From Trichoplax sp. H2 (Eukaryota): DNA of 64,000 nucleotides. Every line of letters begins with the position of its first letter. Within the stretch, counting starts at the first letter, position 1. The DNA lies in the NCBI GenBank assembly GCA_003344405.1, contig NOWV01000109.1, positions 124,001-188,000 of the forward strand, in the 5' to 3' direction. Below the pieces are notes generated by a model that did not search any database, had not been told where the DNA came from, and saw only the letters and a program-made list of their open reading frames with translations. This document shows, one piece after another, positions 50,139-64,000 of this stretch. The position numbers were made by a program, and so were the translations under genes.

Positions 50139-51140
50139 AGGAATATAGGAATTAAGATAGCGTCTCCAGCCAGAATAAGCTATACATTACTCAATTGCCA
50201 ATAATATAATTTGGTAGCTTATGTAGAGTAGTCGTGTTAATACGCATTCTATAAGGTGGTTGGTTATTCAGTAATCTATGGCTTGACAGTGTCCATGATA
50301 GCACAATTAAGTGTATGGATAAAAGAGTAATACTAGTAGATAAAACGATTACACATGAAAGTTCATTTTGAGAGTACTGGATGTAGTGGAAAGAGGTAGT
50401 TATATCGCAGACAGCTAAATAAGGAAAAACTTCAGCCATCATATTACTAATATACTAATATGCAATTTTGCACCTTTGTAGTCCTGATCGAATTTAGGGT
50501 AACATCTAATAAAAGACAAAAATCCGTCGGCATTTGATTACAATTCAATTTCAACCTTTNNNNNNNNNNNNNNNNNNNNAGGAATATAGGAATTAAGATA
50601 GCGTCTCCAGCCAGAATAAGCTATACATTACTCAATTGCCAATAATATAATTTGGTAGCTTATGTAGAGTAGTCGTGTTAATACGCATTCTATAAGGTGG
50701 TGGTTATTCAGTAATCTATGGCTTGACAGTGTCCATAATAGCACAATTAAGTGTATGGATAAAAGAGTAATACTAGTAGATAATAGAAAGTCAATAATTG
50801 CACGTAGAAATACGCACCTTCACTAAAGGGAAACTTGTCCGCAGAAAGCAATGCTACAAGTTATGGTAGTTTGTTACCTGAACTACTATATATGAACTAT
50901 GATTTTAAGTAGTAACTTATTTCCAACGATTACACATGAAAGTTCATTTTGAGAGTACTGGATGTAGTGGAAAGAGGTAGTTATATCACAGACAGCTAAA
51001 TAAGGAAAATCTTCAGCCATCATATTACTAATATACTAATATGCAATTTTGCACCTTTGTAGTCCTGATCGAATTTAGGGTAACATCTAATAAAAGACAA
51101 AAATCCGTCGGCATTTGATTACAATTCAATTTCAACCTTT
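50139..51140. other. Second gap-flanking direct duplication (50139-50559 vs 50580-51140), probable haplotype overlap across the N-gap 50560-50579
   Basis: Near-identical copies; the second carries an extra ~140 bp (50784-50923). Confidence 0.85.
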
Positions 51141-52147
51141 TAATTTATTTATTTATTTACAATCCAGTGATAGTCAAATAGCAAAACAGTATCACTATAC
51201 ACGATCATCATTTATTTTCTTTAATGATAAAGCATATTACTGTAGATTACAAGAACCAAGGTTGGTCTTTAATTATACATTCTATGATAATTTAATTGGC
51301 AATATTAACTTATAAGCAATAGAATAATCTATATATCTAGAAGTATATAGTATTGACTGCAGTGTACTAATAGAAATAGGAATTTATTTAATAAGAGGTA
51401 GTTTTAGTGTCCTCGACATTGATATTGTAATATTATCTTGGAATAAAAATGAAATATTCTATATCTAAAACGGTTGAGAAAGATCTAGCTTAAGCTAAGT
51501 AATACTTGTACATAAACGTAATAAAGAAAAATAATTTAATCTTTAATATGACAATAAGTATTTGACTTGTTATTTTAAGTTAGATACACAGGAGATCGAT
51601 TGAAAGTGCAGTTGTAGTAACTGAATGAAAACATACTCATACCAAGTCGTACTTTTGAAATCATAGATAAGCTTGGTGTAATACATAGTCATAATTAAAG
51701 CAGATTTTATTGTATTTAGAGTATTGAAATTGAATTTATAAATGTAATAACTAGTAAGATTGATGTTTTCGTATACTTAAACTATTTCAATAATTTATAA
51801 AAAAAATAAAGAGAGTCGGTAATAAAAAAGCTCAACAGATCTTTGACATTGCAAAACTTAACAAACGTATAATGACTACAAAGTCAAAAATCTGCATTAT
51901 CCAACTCAATCACTATCAAGTAATAGAACTAACGATGACTAATTATTTTAGCTAGTTGCAGAATTTTTTATATATATATTCAGTATGCCAACGTATACGC
52001 ATGTACGTTTAAGAACATGGAGAAAACTAGGCAAATCCAAGTTGTGATTGATTGGTAGCTCATCATTATCCTCATCTTTTCATAACTTATTGCACACATT
52101 AAATGTATCCATTCTCGGCTTTTCTATCTTGATTGCTACTATATCGG

Positions 52148-55100
52148 TTAACTAAGTGACATCACTAAAGTTAATGTAGCTGGATTACCAATTCGACTTC
52201 CTTTTAAAGTAACTTGATGAGGCTGATTTAAAGTGCTTGTATTGATTGTGGTCCATATTGCATCGATATAATCAGTACCAGTTACTATAAATTCAATTCC
52301 AATTTTCTAATCATACATATTACAGATAATAAAAAGAGAAGAAAATAAATTTATTCGTAGATTTAAAAGCTAGTTCATAACAGCTATCCTGTTATTAAAA
52401 TATTATTATTAGTTAATTAATTTAAACTAGCTACTCAGCTTTGATATACCATCGACATAATTATTTATCATCATATTCGTATAACATATCATTTCTTACA
52501 CCCTTAATCGATATCAAAAAGAAGATCAATAAAACTTTAAGCTACGCTGACCTACCTTGCAGTTTACTTCTGGATTAATAACACCTTCATCGCAACTATA
52601 AATTGGTGGCAACGTAAAATTAAAAGCTGTACTATTGCATTCAGAACATTCTGCCAATTCCTTAAATTCAAAATTGCTAGAATGATTTTTAAGAACAATA
52701 GTAAATTTCTTGCACTCAAAGCGTCGTCCGTTATCAGTATCTAGTAAACAAAATTTTGATGCTAATTCCATATATTCCGGAAAGTTATTCGAAAAACCAG
52801 GAATCTGATTTTTATTTCCTGATATGGTAAAGTTTAATGGTACAATTTCTAATGTCACATTTTTTGTCGTCTAAATATAGAGAGAAATAAAATCATGTGT
52901 TAAAATTTGCTGGAATTAAAATACAGTGCTTTGGTAGTAAGCTTAAATGAATTTTATTTGCTAATTATAATCAGAAATTAGTAATTTGCAATGGTAATTC
53001 TACACACAATAATAGCAAAGTGATAAACGATTAATGAATATTACTAGTGTTATATTATTTATCATCTACCAACCATTTGCTTAGCGCTAGTTTATGTTGA
53101 AAAAAAAATTCAAAGAGTATCTATTTGAATTATTGGCCATTGGACTTACAAATTCTAATTAAAATTTAGAAAACCATCGATTAATAGATTGTCTTATGTA
53201 TCGTATATTTGTATACAAAATAAATACTATTAAATATGGTTACATTAACGTACTTCTCGTGCAATTGGCTCCATACCAGCCTTCTTGACACCTATTAACG
53301 CAAAAATTGCAGGAAATATAAAACGTAAGATTGATATCAAAAATATTCGTGCTATGCTTAAAGCAAATTAGATAAATAGCAGATTAATATTTTATATATT
53401 ATAGGATTCGTATATCTACATAATTAAGTGTATAAATAAATGCTATACTGTAAAACAGAAATCTACTATATCATAGTAGCCTAAGTACGCAATTTATAAA
53501 ACAATAAATACGACTACAATTTTAAATTTTAGCCATAAATGTAAATACGAAAAGAACTATTTATAGCTTTAATAGGAAGCTTTATGGATATCTTATAAGT
53601 AATGCAGCATGGCTACGAAGCTTACATGCATTGTCCAGGCTCCTGACAGTAGCCATTGACTGGATGGCAGCCAGTTCGACATATAGCTGTTAATAGAAAT
53701 GATAATGCGAGTATTAATGCAAGCAGTTATAACATTCAGGAAATTCTGTAGGCAAGATATGAATTTTATTGATATTACTATCAAGCTAAACGAAGAGGCT
53801 TATGTTAGGACAGCATAATCGATTGCTTCGTAAATCTGCACTGGCGGCTCATGACACAAGCAGAGAAAGCTTTATTAAATTTTTATGGCTATAGTGAAAT
53901 ATTTCATGTTGCATCAACAATTTCGATTTAATGTTAAGGAGAAAGCTAAATAAGTATTTAAACTGTAGGCCCTTGTAATTTGGCAAGAAATTGATATTTT
54001 CTTTAATGAATATGCTATTTTATCTAATTTTAGTGGGATGATTAATACGACAAAGTTGACAAAACCTCGCATAACAATAAGTTAATACGGATATATCTGT
54101 TCTTAAAGATCACCTTAAACAAATCACTATGATTAACTAAAAATTCAACGTTGAACATGACTGATGGCAGTCGACAACTACGATCGAAATTAAGTTGTAT
54201 AATCACACTGTATAATAGTGACAGCATGTTAAGAAAGGAAATACGTATAAAAATGATAATTCGCTTAGATTAGAATAAACTTACGTTGATTGCATAATTC
54301 ACCAGTCCACATATTGCCACAAAAGAGATGGAAACGATAATATAACGCAGAATGGGAGCCAGATAGTCTTATAAGTCCACGATTTTTATTCATTAAATCA
54401 ATAGTTCCGTGTAGATTATCGACAACATCGTAGCCGTAGAAATCTTTATCCGTAACGCGAATCCGAACAGTAAACTTTCTCTATACGTAAGCAAGTCAGA
54501 AGGCAAGAGAGTATTTATTAGCCAAAATAAGGCGACTAAAAATTTTTCAAATATGGATACAATGCAAAATTGTCAATGCATGATTGAGTACAGTTGGCTT
54601 ATTTGCCTGTAAACTGTATTATTTATCTTAACTATTTTGGTTAATAATGATAGAGGTGGGGAAATAACTTTTGCGTTGCAATGACGACACAACTATAACT
54701 CTCTACTGTACTTTCCATGTTCGTCTATTTTTAAATCAATTTCACATAGGATAGCCTTGAAAATAATTTTACACCGCTACTCCTCACTCGTAATTCTTCG
54801 TGTAACTGGCTTACTGATTAGGATAATTCGGTAGTCTAAAGTACAGCACATAGGGCAAATAATCTGCATAAAATGTCTCGCCGTGATATAGCTGTCCAGA
54901 CTTTGTCAGTTATTAATTACTATTTATTCATGGTATCAAGCAAAGGTCTAATGCCAAGTAAAGTAAATACATAGTAAAGGAATATAGAATCAATGCTTTA
55001 GGCTTGAGTTTACAAATGATAAAGATTTTCTTTCAGCTTAGTCTTAAATTGGAGATAGTTTTTATATGAAACGAATATCCATCTTTTTAGCGCAATTATA

Positions 55101-57128
55101 AAGTTTGACTTCATGGCCATGATTTAATTTGCCTATTTTCATAAGAGAAATCCTTATTTATTTTTATCTATTACCAATCTTGTCCTTGCAATTCAGCTCT
55201 AAGTTATTCATCATAAAACGACATTCGAAAAATCTTGCACAGAGACAATTCTAGCAGGTATACTATGAATCTCATATCTCTTCAGTATTAAAATGTTAGA
55301 GATTAATGGAATGTACTGGCATAATCGAAATAAATTTCCTATCCGATAAAAATTGTTGTAAAAACAATCAGGACGTGTATTCATGTTTTTCTACTCTTAT
55401 TCATTCTTTTTATCGTAAATTCGATATTTAAATCATAATTATCTTGGGATGCCAATAACAAATGGAATAAAAGTGGAATTTCAAAAGTTTTTTAATAGAC
55501 AAGGATACCAAAGTGTCCTATGATATTATTAACAAGAATCAAAGTGATCTAACAAGAACTTCATTATTGATAATTTTTCGTCATTAAATGGATCGAGTTG
55601 TTTAGTAAGCCGAACGCCCAAACAGCTTAATATAAATAAACAACACGATGGCTATTTCATAGGATGGCAGTTTTACAACAAAATAACGAATAATGGCTTA
55701 TGCAGCAAAAATTGATCATATCGTCCATAAACTATATCGGATAAGCGCCACAGTAGTATAGTCCTTTTCCATGTGTTAACTTTTAACCTCAAACAGGTGC
55801 AGCCATTTGGGGGTATCGATATGTCATTTTTTCCATGCTACAACCTGGCAATGAAAAGAGCGCTATCCGATGTGATCTTCTAGAGCGCGTAGCAGTAAGA
55901 TCATATTAGTCTAACCTTGAATTCTAGATATCGTGAAAGAACTATATTGTCTAGACTTTAGAAGTACCAAAGTGCCATCGATGATCTCTAATGAACGATA
56001 CTCATACTATCGTACTTTAGTCATTCTTTGAATCAGTTTTGTTTAGAATAATAGGCATCATATCAATTTGGCGCCGAATTAACTCCAAACTTGTAGGTAA
56101 TATGATGAAAGTTAATAAATTTTGAAGATTAAATAGTACTAGAATAAATATTGAAAATGGCTTGTCAAATTCCCCATTGTATGTTCGTAAATTAGAGACA
56201 GATTTATGCGTGAATACATGACGGAGTAAAGCGAAGAAATAGGCACAGTTTAGGAATTAAGACCATCAATATTGGGGAGTGGCGAAAAAAATTCTATTTC
56301 CTGAACCTCTGTTTGCTTACAAGCGCATTTTACAATTAATTTAGGGTATGATAATATAGCCTCTTATACTCATATATACGGGTACACGTAGATACCGATA
56401 CTTATATGTCAGTCTTTGATATAGTCTACTATCTTAAAGATACATGCTAAGTATAAAAAATATCAAATCATGACTTACCTTAACGCGAAATAGTTTTAAT
56501 GTTACATCTAACTCATGATGAAAATACAATATTGGCATAGCGTCAGAGAAAGTTCCAAATTTTCTATCAGCATAACTACATGGATCAAGTTCGTCACCGA
56601 TACAAACATGGAAATCGTAATCACAATTTTCATCTAATATCCAATTATCGCATGCTTTTTTTTCCATAGTTTGACTACCGGCATTAATATAATTTTCGAA
56701 ATGGATATAAAGGATTATGTAATGCGTGCTGGATCGCAATTCTCTTCTTAACTGGAAATACAAAATTCAATTAGGTGTTGAACGAGATGAAAAAAATCGT
56801 AAAAAAAGATGTAAACTCTATTTTCCATCAAGTTATACAGATAAGTATTCATCATTTGATTCCGAGTAGTTGATATTTATTTTAAATGAATTTTTTTTTC
56901 CATTACGCAAGATTTATTACGTATCTATTTCAGAATAGCGCAATTACTGTGGTGATGTAGTTGCTATACTATCATGATATTATAATAATAGCGTTGCGCC
57001 GAATGATCGATGTAATACAATTTTTTTTAAGCTACTGCTGTTATTTTTACCTGAAGGTTTCTACCATGACCAAGATATGCCAAGTAACAGATTAGAATTA
57101 ATCTCACTAATAAAAAGTTTTTTAACAT
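52148..57128 (-). CDS. Secreted Notch-ligand (Delta)-like protein: signal peptide, MNNL/C2-like domain, collapsed DSL, one EGF repeat, second C2-like domain, no transmembrane segment
   Basis: Exons 57128-57051 (MLKNFLLVRLILICYLAYLGHGRNLQ), 56751-56479 (..IHFENYINAGSQTMEKKACD..NCDYDFHVCIG..PCSYA..), 54480-54285 (..FTVRIRVTDKD..ALYYRFHLFCGNMWTGELCNQ), 53686-53626 (PICRTGCHPVNGYCQEPGQC), 53291-53254 (MCQEGWYGANCTR), 17-nt exon 53086-53070, 52870-52556, 52306-52148 (..QVTLKGSRIGNPATLTLVMSLS-TAA). PIC..GC...G.C..PG.C.C..GW.G..C is the Delta/Jagged EGF1 pattern. Confidence 0.75.
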
Positions 57129-59084
57129 GATGGCTGAAATTTTATTCGCTCGCTAGAAAATGGTCTTAGCAAATAGATTGGTCTAATGAGCTGCATTCAA
57201 GTTAATAGGAAGAAAAAAATAAAATGCCAACTATTAAGGTTCCAACGGTCTGAGTAAAATGTTGAGACTATCGCGTTCATTAGCTCTTAATAAAGTAAAT
57301 TATGTATGTTTGCTAATAGAGCACCTAGGGATTTATTATAAATTTCGTTCAGTTGTCAAGAACTGTTTTGGTTGACTCTAACTGATGGCTGATTATTTAT
57401 TCGTAATCACCGTATAGTTCTCATAATAGCTCCTTGTGGCAATACATCATCGGACAAGCAGTTTAGACCACCCATCTATCATCAATAAGTACATAAGTCT
57501 TGAAGTCAAACTTTGATCTTCCTACTGCAGCTATTATTGTTTACTTATCGTTTCTCTCCATATTAAAACGTAAAAAGGGGCTACTCCAGTTCAAGGGTGG
57601 TGAATACTATAATTTATTTGTATTGATGAAAGATTGTTTTGTAAGATCTAAATTACTTTTTACGTCTTTATTCACCATTACATGCACAGTACTCTGCACT
57701 GTCGAATAGTCAAGCTGAGCAAAATTAAATAAATATGACGGACTTTGGTATGGCAAATATTTTAGATGTACTACCTAGTACGTGTAGTTCGTCGATGAAA
57801 AGCTACAGAGAGTAACTTTCTGTTTATTTCCATAATGGATTACTCCACCTTTCTTTGGTGGGTGGTATGCAGCCATTCGCTATACTTAATAAGTATCTTG
57901 GTCATGAGATCAAAACAAGCCAACAGCGATGACAAACTTGATTTGACAGAGTCAATGTTGTTCAAATACAACTCGATTCTTACGAAATGCAGTAACGGTC
58001 AGGGGCTAACATTAATCATTACAAAATCTACTGTCAGCTCTTTTGCTATTCGATGGCGTGATTTGGACTACTATCTATCTCCCAAACATAATTATACTGA
58101 GGTCCAATTCTGATTGATCATAACGATTATAACTATCATCTACTCTTCTTACAAGTAGTGATGCAATAGGAATTGAGAACAGTCCTATATGAAAGAGTTA
58201 TAGCCCAATAAATGTTATCTTTAGGGGACTAGTGATGAAAGTGACAAGTTGATCGAGAATCTATCATAAAAGTGTTGCTAATGAGTCATTTTCTATTCGA
58301 TTACCAAGCAGTAATTCAAAGATATCGCTAATTAATATGGGAATAGTTATATTATTTCCTTATTAGATCAAAGGAGATATGGGTTGATGATGAGGATGGG
58401 ATTTTTAAAGGATTAGATCAATACTTATTTTAGTGCAGTTTAGCATAGAGAAGAATAATGAAATCCACTTCAATAACTAAATCATACAATCGATGGCTAA
58501 AAATGGCAGGCAAATCATTGGGTTATAGGATAAATTAAACAAATTATATTATAACCAAACACGAACAATAACAACGTGTCAAAATTTTCCTTGGCAGAAT
58601 ATCATATTTTTCACGTTATCCGATATCAACAGTTGCCTCTACCGTAAACAAGATTACTCATCTTTGAATATTAAATTGAAGCAATAGGAAGTGACTAATA
58701 GCCTTTAATGCCTCGATACAGATTCGTCAATTATTATTTTTCTGTTCTAGCGCATTTATTCGCTGTTATGGCTAAGATTTTGCTATCTTAATCGTTTCCT
58801 CTCCACCCCTTCTACCTACCACACATATTACATATCGTAGTTCTGACTATTACAACTTATACTTAAATTATTTATTTGCCCAATAGTACTGCAGTCATCT
58901 ACCGGTATTTTTAATTTTAATAACTGGTCCAACGAATGTTGACTAAATTAACAGTATCCATTTAAATAAGATCGTGAGTCATTGTGTATTTGTGTGTTAA
59001 TTTGTCCGCCAAAACAGTAAATTTAGAATAGATTAGGAGTGCCCTTATAGCCTCATCTATTGCAATAGTTGTTATGGAAAGATC

Positions 59085-59272
59085 TATAGCAAACTTTCCC
59101 TATTATTACTCATCTACTTGCTGTCTCATTTGCATCTTCTACTGGTACTATATTAGTAATTCATTCTTAGTTTAAAGTGTATAGCGAGGTCTACGTATAG
59201 CGAACTTTCCCTATTATTAGTCATCATTTGATGTCTCATTTACACCTTTTACCTGTGGTATATTAGTAATCC
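59085..59272. repeat. Degenerate direct duplication (~78 bp, period ~111 bp)
   Basis: 'tatagc.aactttccctattatta.tcatc...ttg.tgtctcattt.ca.ctt...tatattagtaat' at ~59085 and ~59197. Confidence 0.75.
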
Positions 59273-60519
59273 TTAATTATGAATGACTGGATTATCGTAC
59301 TTATGTTGTCGTAAATTTTCTCAATTGAGGCAATTGAACTCTAATACTTATTGAATTTCTATATTTTGTAATTGATATCTTTAAAAATACCCCCAAAATT
59401 ATAATTTATAATGTAAAGGCTACTTTTAATTCCATCTGATTTAATCATTTTGGCAATTGATGTATAAAAAAGCTACTGTTATCTTGAACTTGTAAATCAG
59501 TACGGTGCTATAGCTGACAATGAGCTAACATGCGCGATTACTTTCTCTACAGTACTAATTTAAGAAAGACATTCGATTTCTGACTGAATCTAAAAATAGT
59601 TATTCAAAATATAGCCATACAAAATAATTATCCGTATCGATAATTATAATAAAGCGGTATTTTTTCTTATATTCGCTTAATTATATTATGGCATGAAAAG
59701 CTTATGAATCGGTGTTTAGTACGCTGATAATTATGTTTCCTCTTAAATCGGCAACCTTATTGAATTAACACCATAATATTTTTACTCGTTGGTCAGCAAC
59801 TGTAATGATTTCAGCTAATTACAGTTTTATCGGTATATGTTAGGAAAACACAGTTATAGTACAGTACGTACTACAGCAACTTATGAACAATTCTGTGCTG
59901 AAGTTGAACTTGAATGCATGATATTTTACTCGCAGGATCAGTTTTCAAAAAATATGTCATCTAGATGCAAGAGTGTAATATACCTTCAAACCGGATTAAA
60001 ACTGGTCTTATTGCTCAACAAACGATGATTCATAGTCATGCTCAACAAATGATGATTCATAGTCATTCTTGCCGAAAATTGGGTAATTGTCTGTGTCAAT
60101 TTATTATTAGCATGCAATTAATGAGTTAATGGCCTAAAATTATTACCTTAATGTACCTCTGTGGTACTATCAATCAGTGGTAGTAGCAATTATTTATTTA
60201 TCGCCCTACTATATTTGATTTGTTTTATCCATAAATTCATCATGTATACCCTACAATGATGCAAGAGTTGCCATTAAAGGAGATCTGTTTCATCATCCTA
60301 TTCACCTTTTTATAATGTAAATTGATCAAGAAATAAGTTAAAGTCAGTTATTTGCAACAGCCGATAAACAAATTTCGTTGCTCCTACCCTATAGGCATGA
60401 TTTTAAAATTTCAGCTGTAAGCTAAGACATCTTCTTCTAGTTATTTACACAGCTATCTGGCCATCTAAGCATCTTAGGACATGCCAAAAGCCAACAATGC
60501 ACTCAATTCCATCAGCCCA

Positions 60520-62863
60520 TCAAAACGACATTAAAGCGTGGCAGTTTACGGCAGATAAATCCTAAATCGTTTTCAAAAACATGCCATTGAGTATCATTTA
60601 CTAATTTCCTGCCGTCTTTGACATAAAAATTGGAATCACACTGTGCCTAGTTCTTCAGCATCATATGTGAATGAACTGCTAAAATAGTGATTTCAGAACA
60701 TCGAAAAATACATGTTCACACTGACAATTTTATTCAACAGCCTATGGTGATGTCAATACCTATTGCCTGCATATTTAAGGAAAGTTTAATATTTATACCA
60801 AAATATATATATAACAAATTAGTCAAGACAAGGCACAATCTAGCAATTTGGGGGCGATATCAGTGAGTCTTTAAAGTTGACGTTATAATTTACATCGTGA
60901 TTCCCTAGAGCTATAAGATAATCCTTTAACATACGTAAACGTTATTTCACCACATTATCACACGAAATTTTTTTTAAATTATTTAATACCTCTCGATATC
61001 ATTTGATGTTCTTTCAAGAAATTCTTGCATATGGCCAGATGAACTGTTTTTAATGACAGGTCGAGTCAATCTAAGTGTGCTAAGCATAATTTCAATTGTC
61101 GAAAATCTTTGCAGCATTAATTTTTTGTAATACTATAAACTATCAACGATCATGCTATGATATAAAATCTTATAAATTAATCACTAATGCTCCTCGATGT
61201 CACTGCGTGATGTTTTAAGAAATCCTTGCTTATGGCTAGATGAGCTTTCTTAATGAGAAATTGAGGCAATCAAGATATACTAAACATGATTTTAATTTGT
61301 CGAAATTCGTTACAACGTTAATAATTGGTAGTACTATAAACTATTTTCGATCATTCTACGATCGAAAATCTTATAAGTTTGTCGCTGCAGGATATAACTG
61401 GAAATTTTACGGCTACCATTTCAAGGTTAAATAACTCATCGCTAATGTCTATAATAATGTTCCTAAGATAGTAAAGTTCTACACCTCAATATTTGCGTCA
61501 AAAGTAATTAGTTCCACAGGCTAGAGAAATTGCAACTTTTAATACGGATGGGCTAGAGTATAACATTTGAATATCACCGTTAACTCTAGCTTTTAATTCT
61601 CATTGACTGCAAATACCAAATTTAAATACAAAAACCCGTTATTGCCCTTGCGTATATTTCCAGCTACAAATAATTATTTACACCCATTTTTCAACGTGCT
61701 AAAGTAATAAAATTGGCATATTATGGACTAGATTACTTCCACCATTGATCAATTGGCCATGAAAAGAATTTGATTAGTGTCTATTAGAGAGTATGGCAAC
61801 TATTCTACTTACCAGTTTTTCAATTCCACTAGCTAACTTACCATAAATGGCCGTACTTATTTCGACAGTATCATGCGCGAGTACATTGATATCTTGTGAT
61901 TAGTTGGAATAAAAGGCTCCGTTGATGCTGAAATTTTCGGTGGGATAAACACTGCATGTAAAAGTATTGCAATTTAGAATATATATGCTACTCTTATTGA
62001 TAATTAAGTAACGGCGCGCTAGTATTTTCTATCTCTAAAATCTAGGGTTAAGCAATCTTTGTAGGAGCAATAATATTTAGCAAAGTGTTGATCATTGCTA
62101 TTTTAGCCATATCAGATAGTATTGGAGCAATTCTACTAGAAGAAAAGATGACGCAAACACTTTTATAAAATGAAATATTTGGTCAAATACACTCTAGTCA
62201 GTATGTCATTAATTAGTCAATGATCAATCCATATCCGCAAGTACGCTTTCAACTAGGGTGATAAATTCTAAAAGTATGCCCGAACTTTTATCACAGTAGT
62301 ATTTTTATGTTATAGAATATGTCGATATACACTAGCACTGTGCCCTCGTAATAAAATTATTTCCATTCCTCGACGAAGTTATTAAACTGCTACCGAAGCT
62401 GCGGATTATTTTAAAGAAAAAGTATTTCTGTTATGAAACCGCTACCTAAGTTGAAGATGTATCGTTTATTGCTGTTATAGATTCATTAGTCTTATGATCA
62501 TGAACAAGGTATCTCGCCAAGACAAGCTTTTAAAATTATTCTTTTTAATAATTTCTAGATTGCATCATTTTGACCTTAACACTAAGGTACCTAATAAGCA
62601 ATTGATATTATCAATGAGATGATTCATGGCATCATAACCACTGCAATTAGTCATTTTCAAGTTATTATCATTTCCGTACAGAAATTGATGCCTATCCTAT
62701 TAAAATCAATCTCGGAAGCTACGGTAATCTCATAAGTGTTCTCGTCGGTAATTCGTATATAGAAATGATAATTTAATGACTCATATATCCAGAAGCTCAT
62801 GACTGTCACGATTGAATACGTAATCAAAGTTCTGAGTGATCGTTTAAACTTTAATCTCGTCAT
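60520..62863 (-). pseudogene. Possible degraded gene for a type II membrane-anchored protein
   Basis: ATG 62863 gives MTRLKFKRSLRTLITYSIVTVMSFWIYESL (basic tail plus anchor). An acceptor at ~61952 leads to LFIPPKISASTEPF...ILSK and an in-frame TAA before a gtaagt donor. Further coding-like blocks at ~61520, ~61100 and ~60650 contain stops. I could not join a clean frame. Confidence 0.3.
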
Positions 62864-63799
62864 GACGACAAGCGGAAAAAGTACAGAAACTTTTATATAT
62901 TGAACTTTAATATATGACGAGATAATAGCAGCACGTAGTAAGCTACCGTGGCTTGATGTTAGTTTATACTCTCGTATAATCTTAAGGAGAAAAGCTACCG
63001 CACTTGGCGAGAAAGACTACTTAACGACCTCTTTCAAATTCCAACACTCCCAGTTCAATTTAATTCTTACTTAGATTAATATAAGATTTGCAGTGTAAAC
63101 TAAAAGTATTCGATGAAATGTTTTACCTTGCAGCAAACATCCAAGACTATAAAGGGAAAATCATGGCTATAGCTATCTGTACTATATTTATTCGTTAAAT
63201 ACTATTCCTATACTGATCATCCTATCCTTTAACTACTTTTTATGATATTCCAGTACAATAGCAGTAACGCTATCACGGATGGATGCGGTAAACCATTAAT
63301 AAGATTCAATTGAATATTGAGACATTTGATGTTGTCCACTTGTTTCTACTATCATAATGTGGATCAACATGATGACGATGTGGCAATAGTAAGAATTCAA
63401 AACAACACCATTGCCATGTCTAATTTTCTCACAACAACATTTTATTATTGTTGTTGTAGACATAAATCACACGTCAATTTTGTTTTGCTGGATATGATTG
63501 ACGACATACGGTAAACGTCAAATTGTATTGATTCCAGCATGGAAAACAACAGTTATTTTGCCCTAGATTGTGGGTTTAAAATGCTTCGTTTACATCAAGC
63601 TGAACATTATATCATTATCGTTATCGATCATAGTAAAGCAATTGGGTTAAAATTTCTAGAAAAATTGAATAAAATCGATATTAAATAGATTACTTTAGGG
63701 GTCTTAGGCCGCGTAAACGATGACATAATCGTTTGGGAGCTAATTATATATTCTAGTCCTCACTTGTTTGTCAAACTAGCCAAAAAGAAACACTATTTT

Positions 63800-63945
63800 C
63801 TAGAAGCATCGGTGACTATGTCTCTCCAATGGTAGTATTCCTTTTAAGTCAAGAAGGATTTCTTCATGATATTGAAGTTCTGATAGCAAATATGATTCGA
63901 ATGATGGAGTGCAAGGGTTACAATCAGAAATTTTTACCGATATTG
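63800..63945 (-). CDS. Probable terminal exon of a gene extending beyond the window
   Basis: Pyrimidine-rich acceptor (ttattttttcctag) followed by an open frame ISVKISDCNPCTPSFESYLLSELQYHEEILLDLKGILPLERHSHRCF-TAG; product unknown. Confidence 0.4.
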
Positions 63946-64000
63946 CTAGGAAAAAATAAACAATATCCCGTATGCTTGTAATGAACTTCAATATAATTTC

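Noticed and set aside
45686-50559. Inverted contig or trans-spliced gene (signal exons on + at 47100/48188 seemed to fit the - strand Cys exon at 44301)
   Set aside because: Each strand has its own complete 4-exon gene, and both gap overlaps are in direct orientation.

Overview
AT-rich, intron-dense eukaryotic (animal) genomic DNA with short GT-AG introns and two 20-N scaffold gaps. The style suggests a compact early-branching metazoan such as the placozoan Trichoplax, but this is inference only. Most entries in the ORF track are exon fragments or noise, so I spliced genes by hand. In order: (1) NRAMP/SLC11 metal transporter (+, 5' end not identified); (2) DEAD-box helicase DDX42 (+), with a tandemly duplicated intron+exon unit near its 3' end; (3) a ~30-exon uncharacterised coiled-coil/C2-like protein gene (+) with a perfect RFX X-box upstream; (4,5) two tandem 13-exon FTCD paralogs (-); (6) a ~10 x 200 bp degenerate tandem array; (7,8) a head-to-head pair of small WBP1/VOPP1/TMEM92-like six-cysteine single-pass PPxY proteins; (9) a secreted Notch-ligand-like gene (-) with MNNL/C2, a collapsed DSL, one EGF, a second C2-like domain and no TM segment; (10) weakly supported coding fragments near the right end. 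The best finding is the second FTCD copy: it is an intact full-length ORF that keeps the formiminotransferase His, but five cyclodeaminase signature residues are changed, including the catalytic Asp (to Tyr). No CRISPR array, rRNA or tRNA was recognised. Homology calls rest on remembered family motifs; no searches were run.
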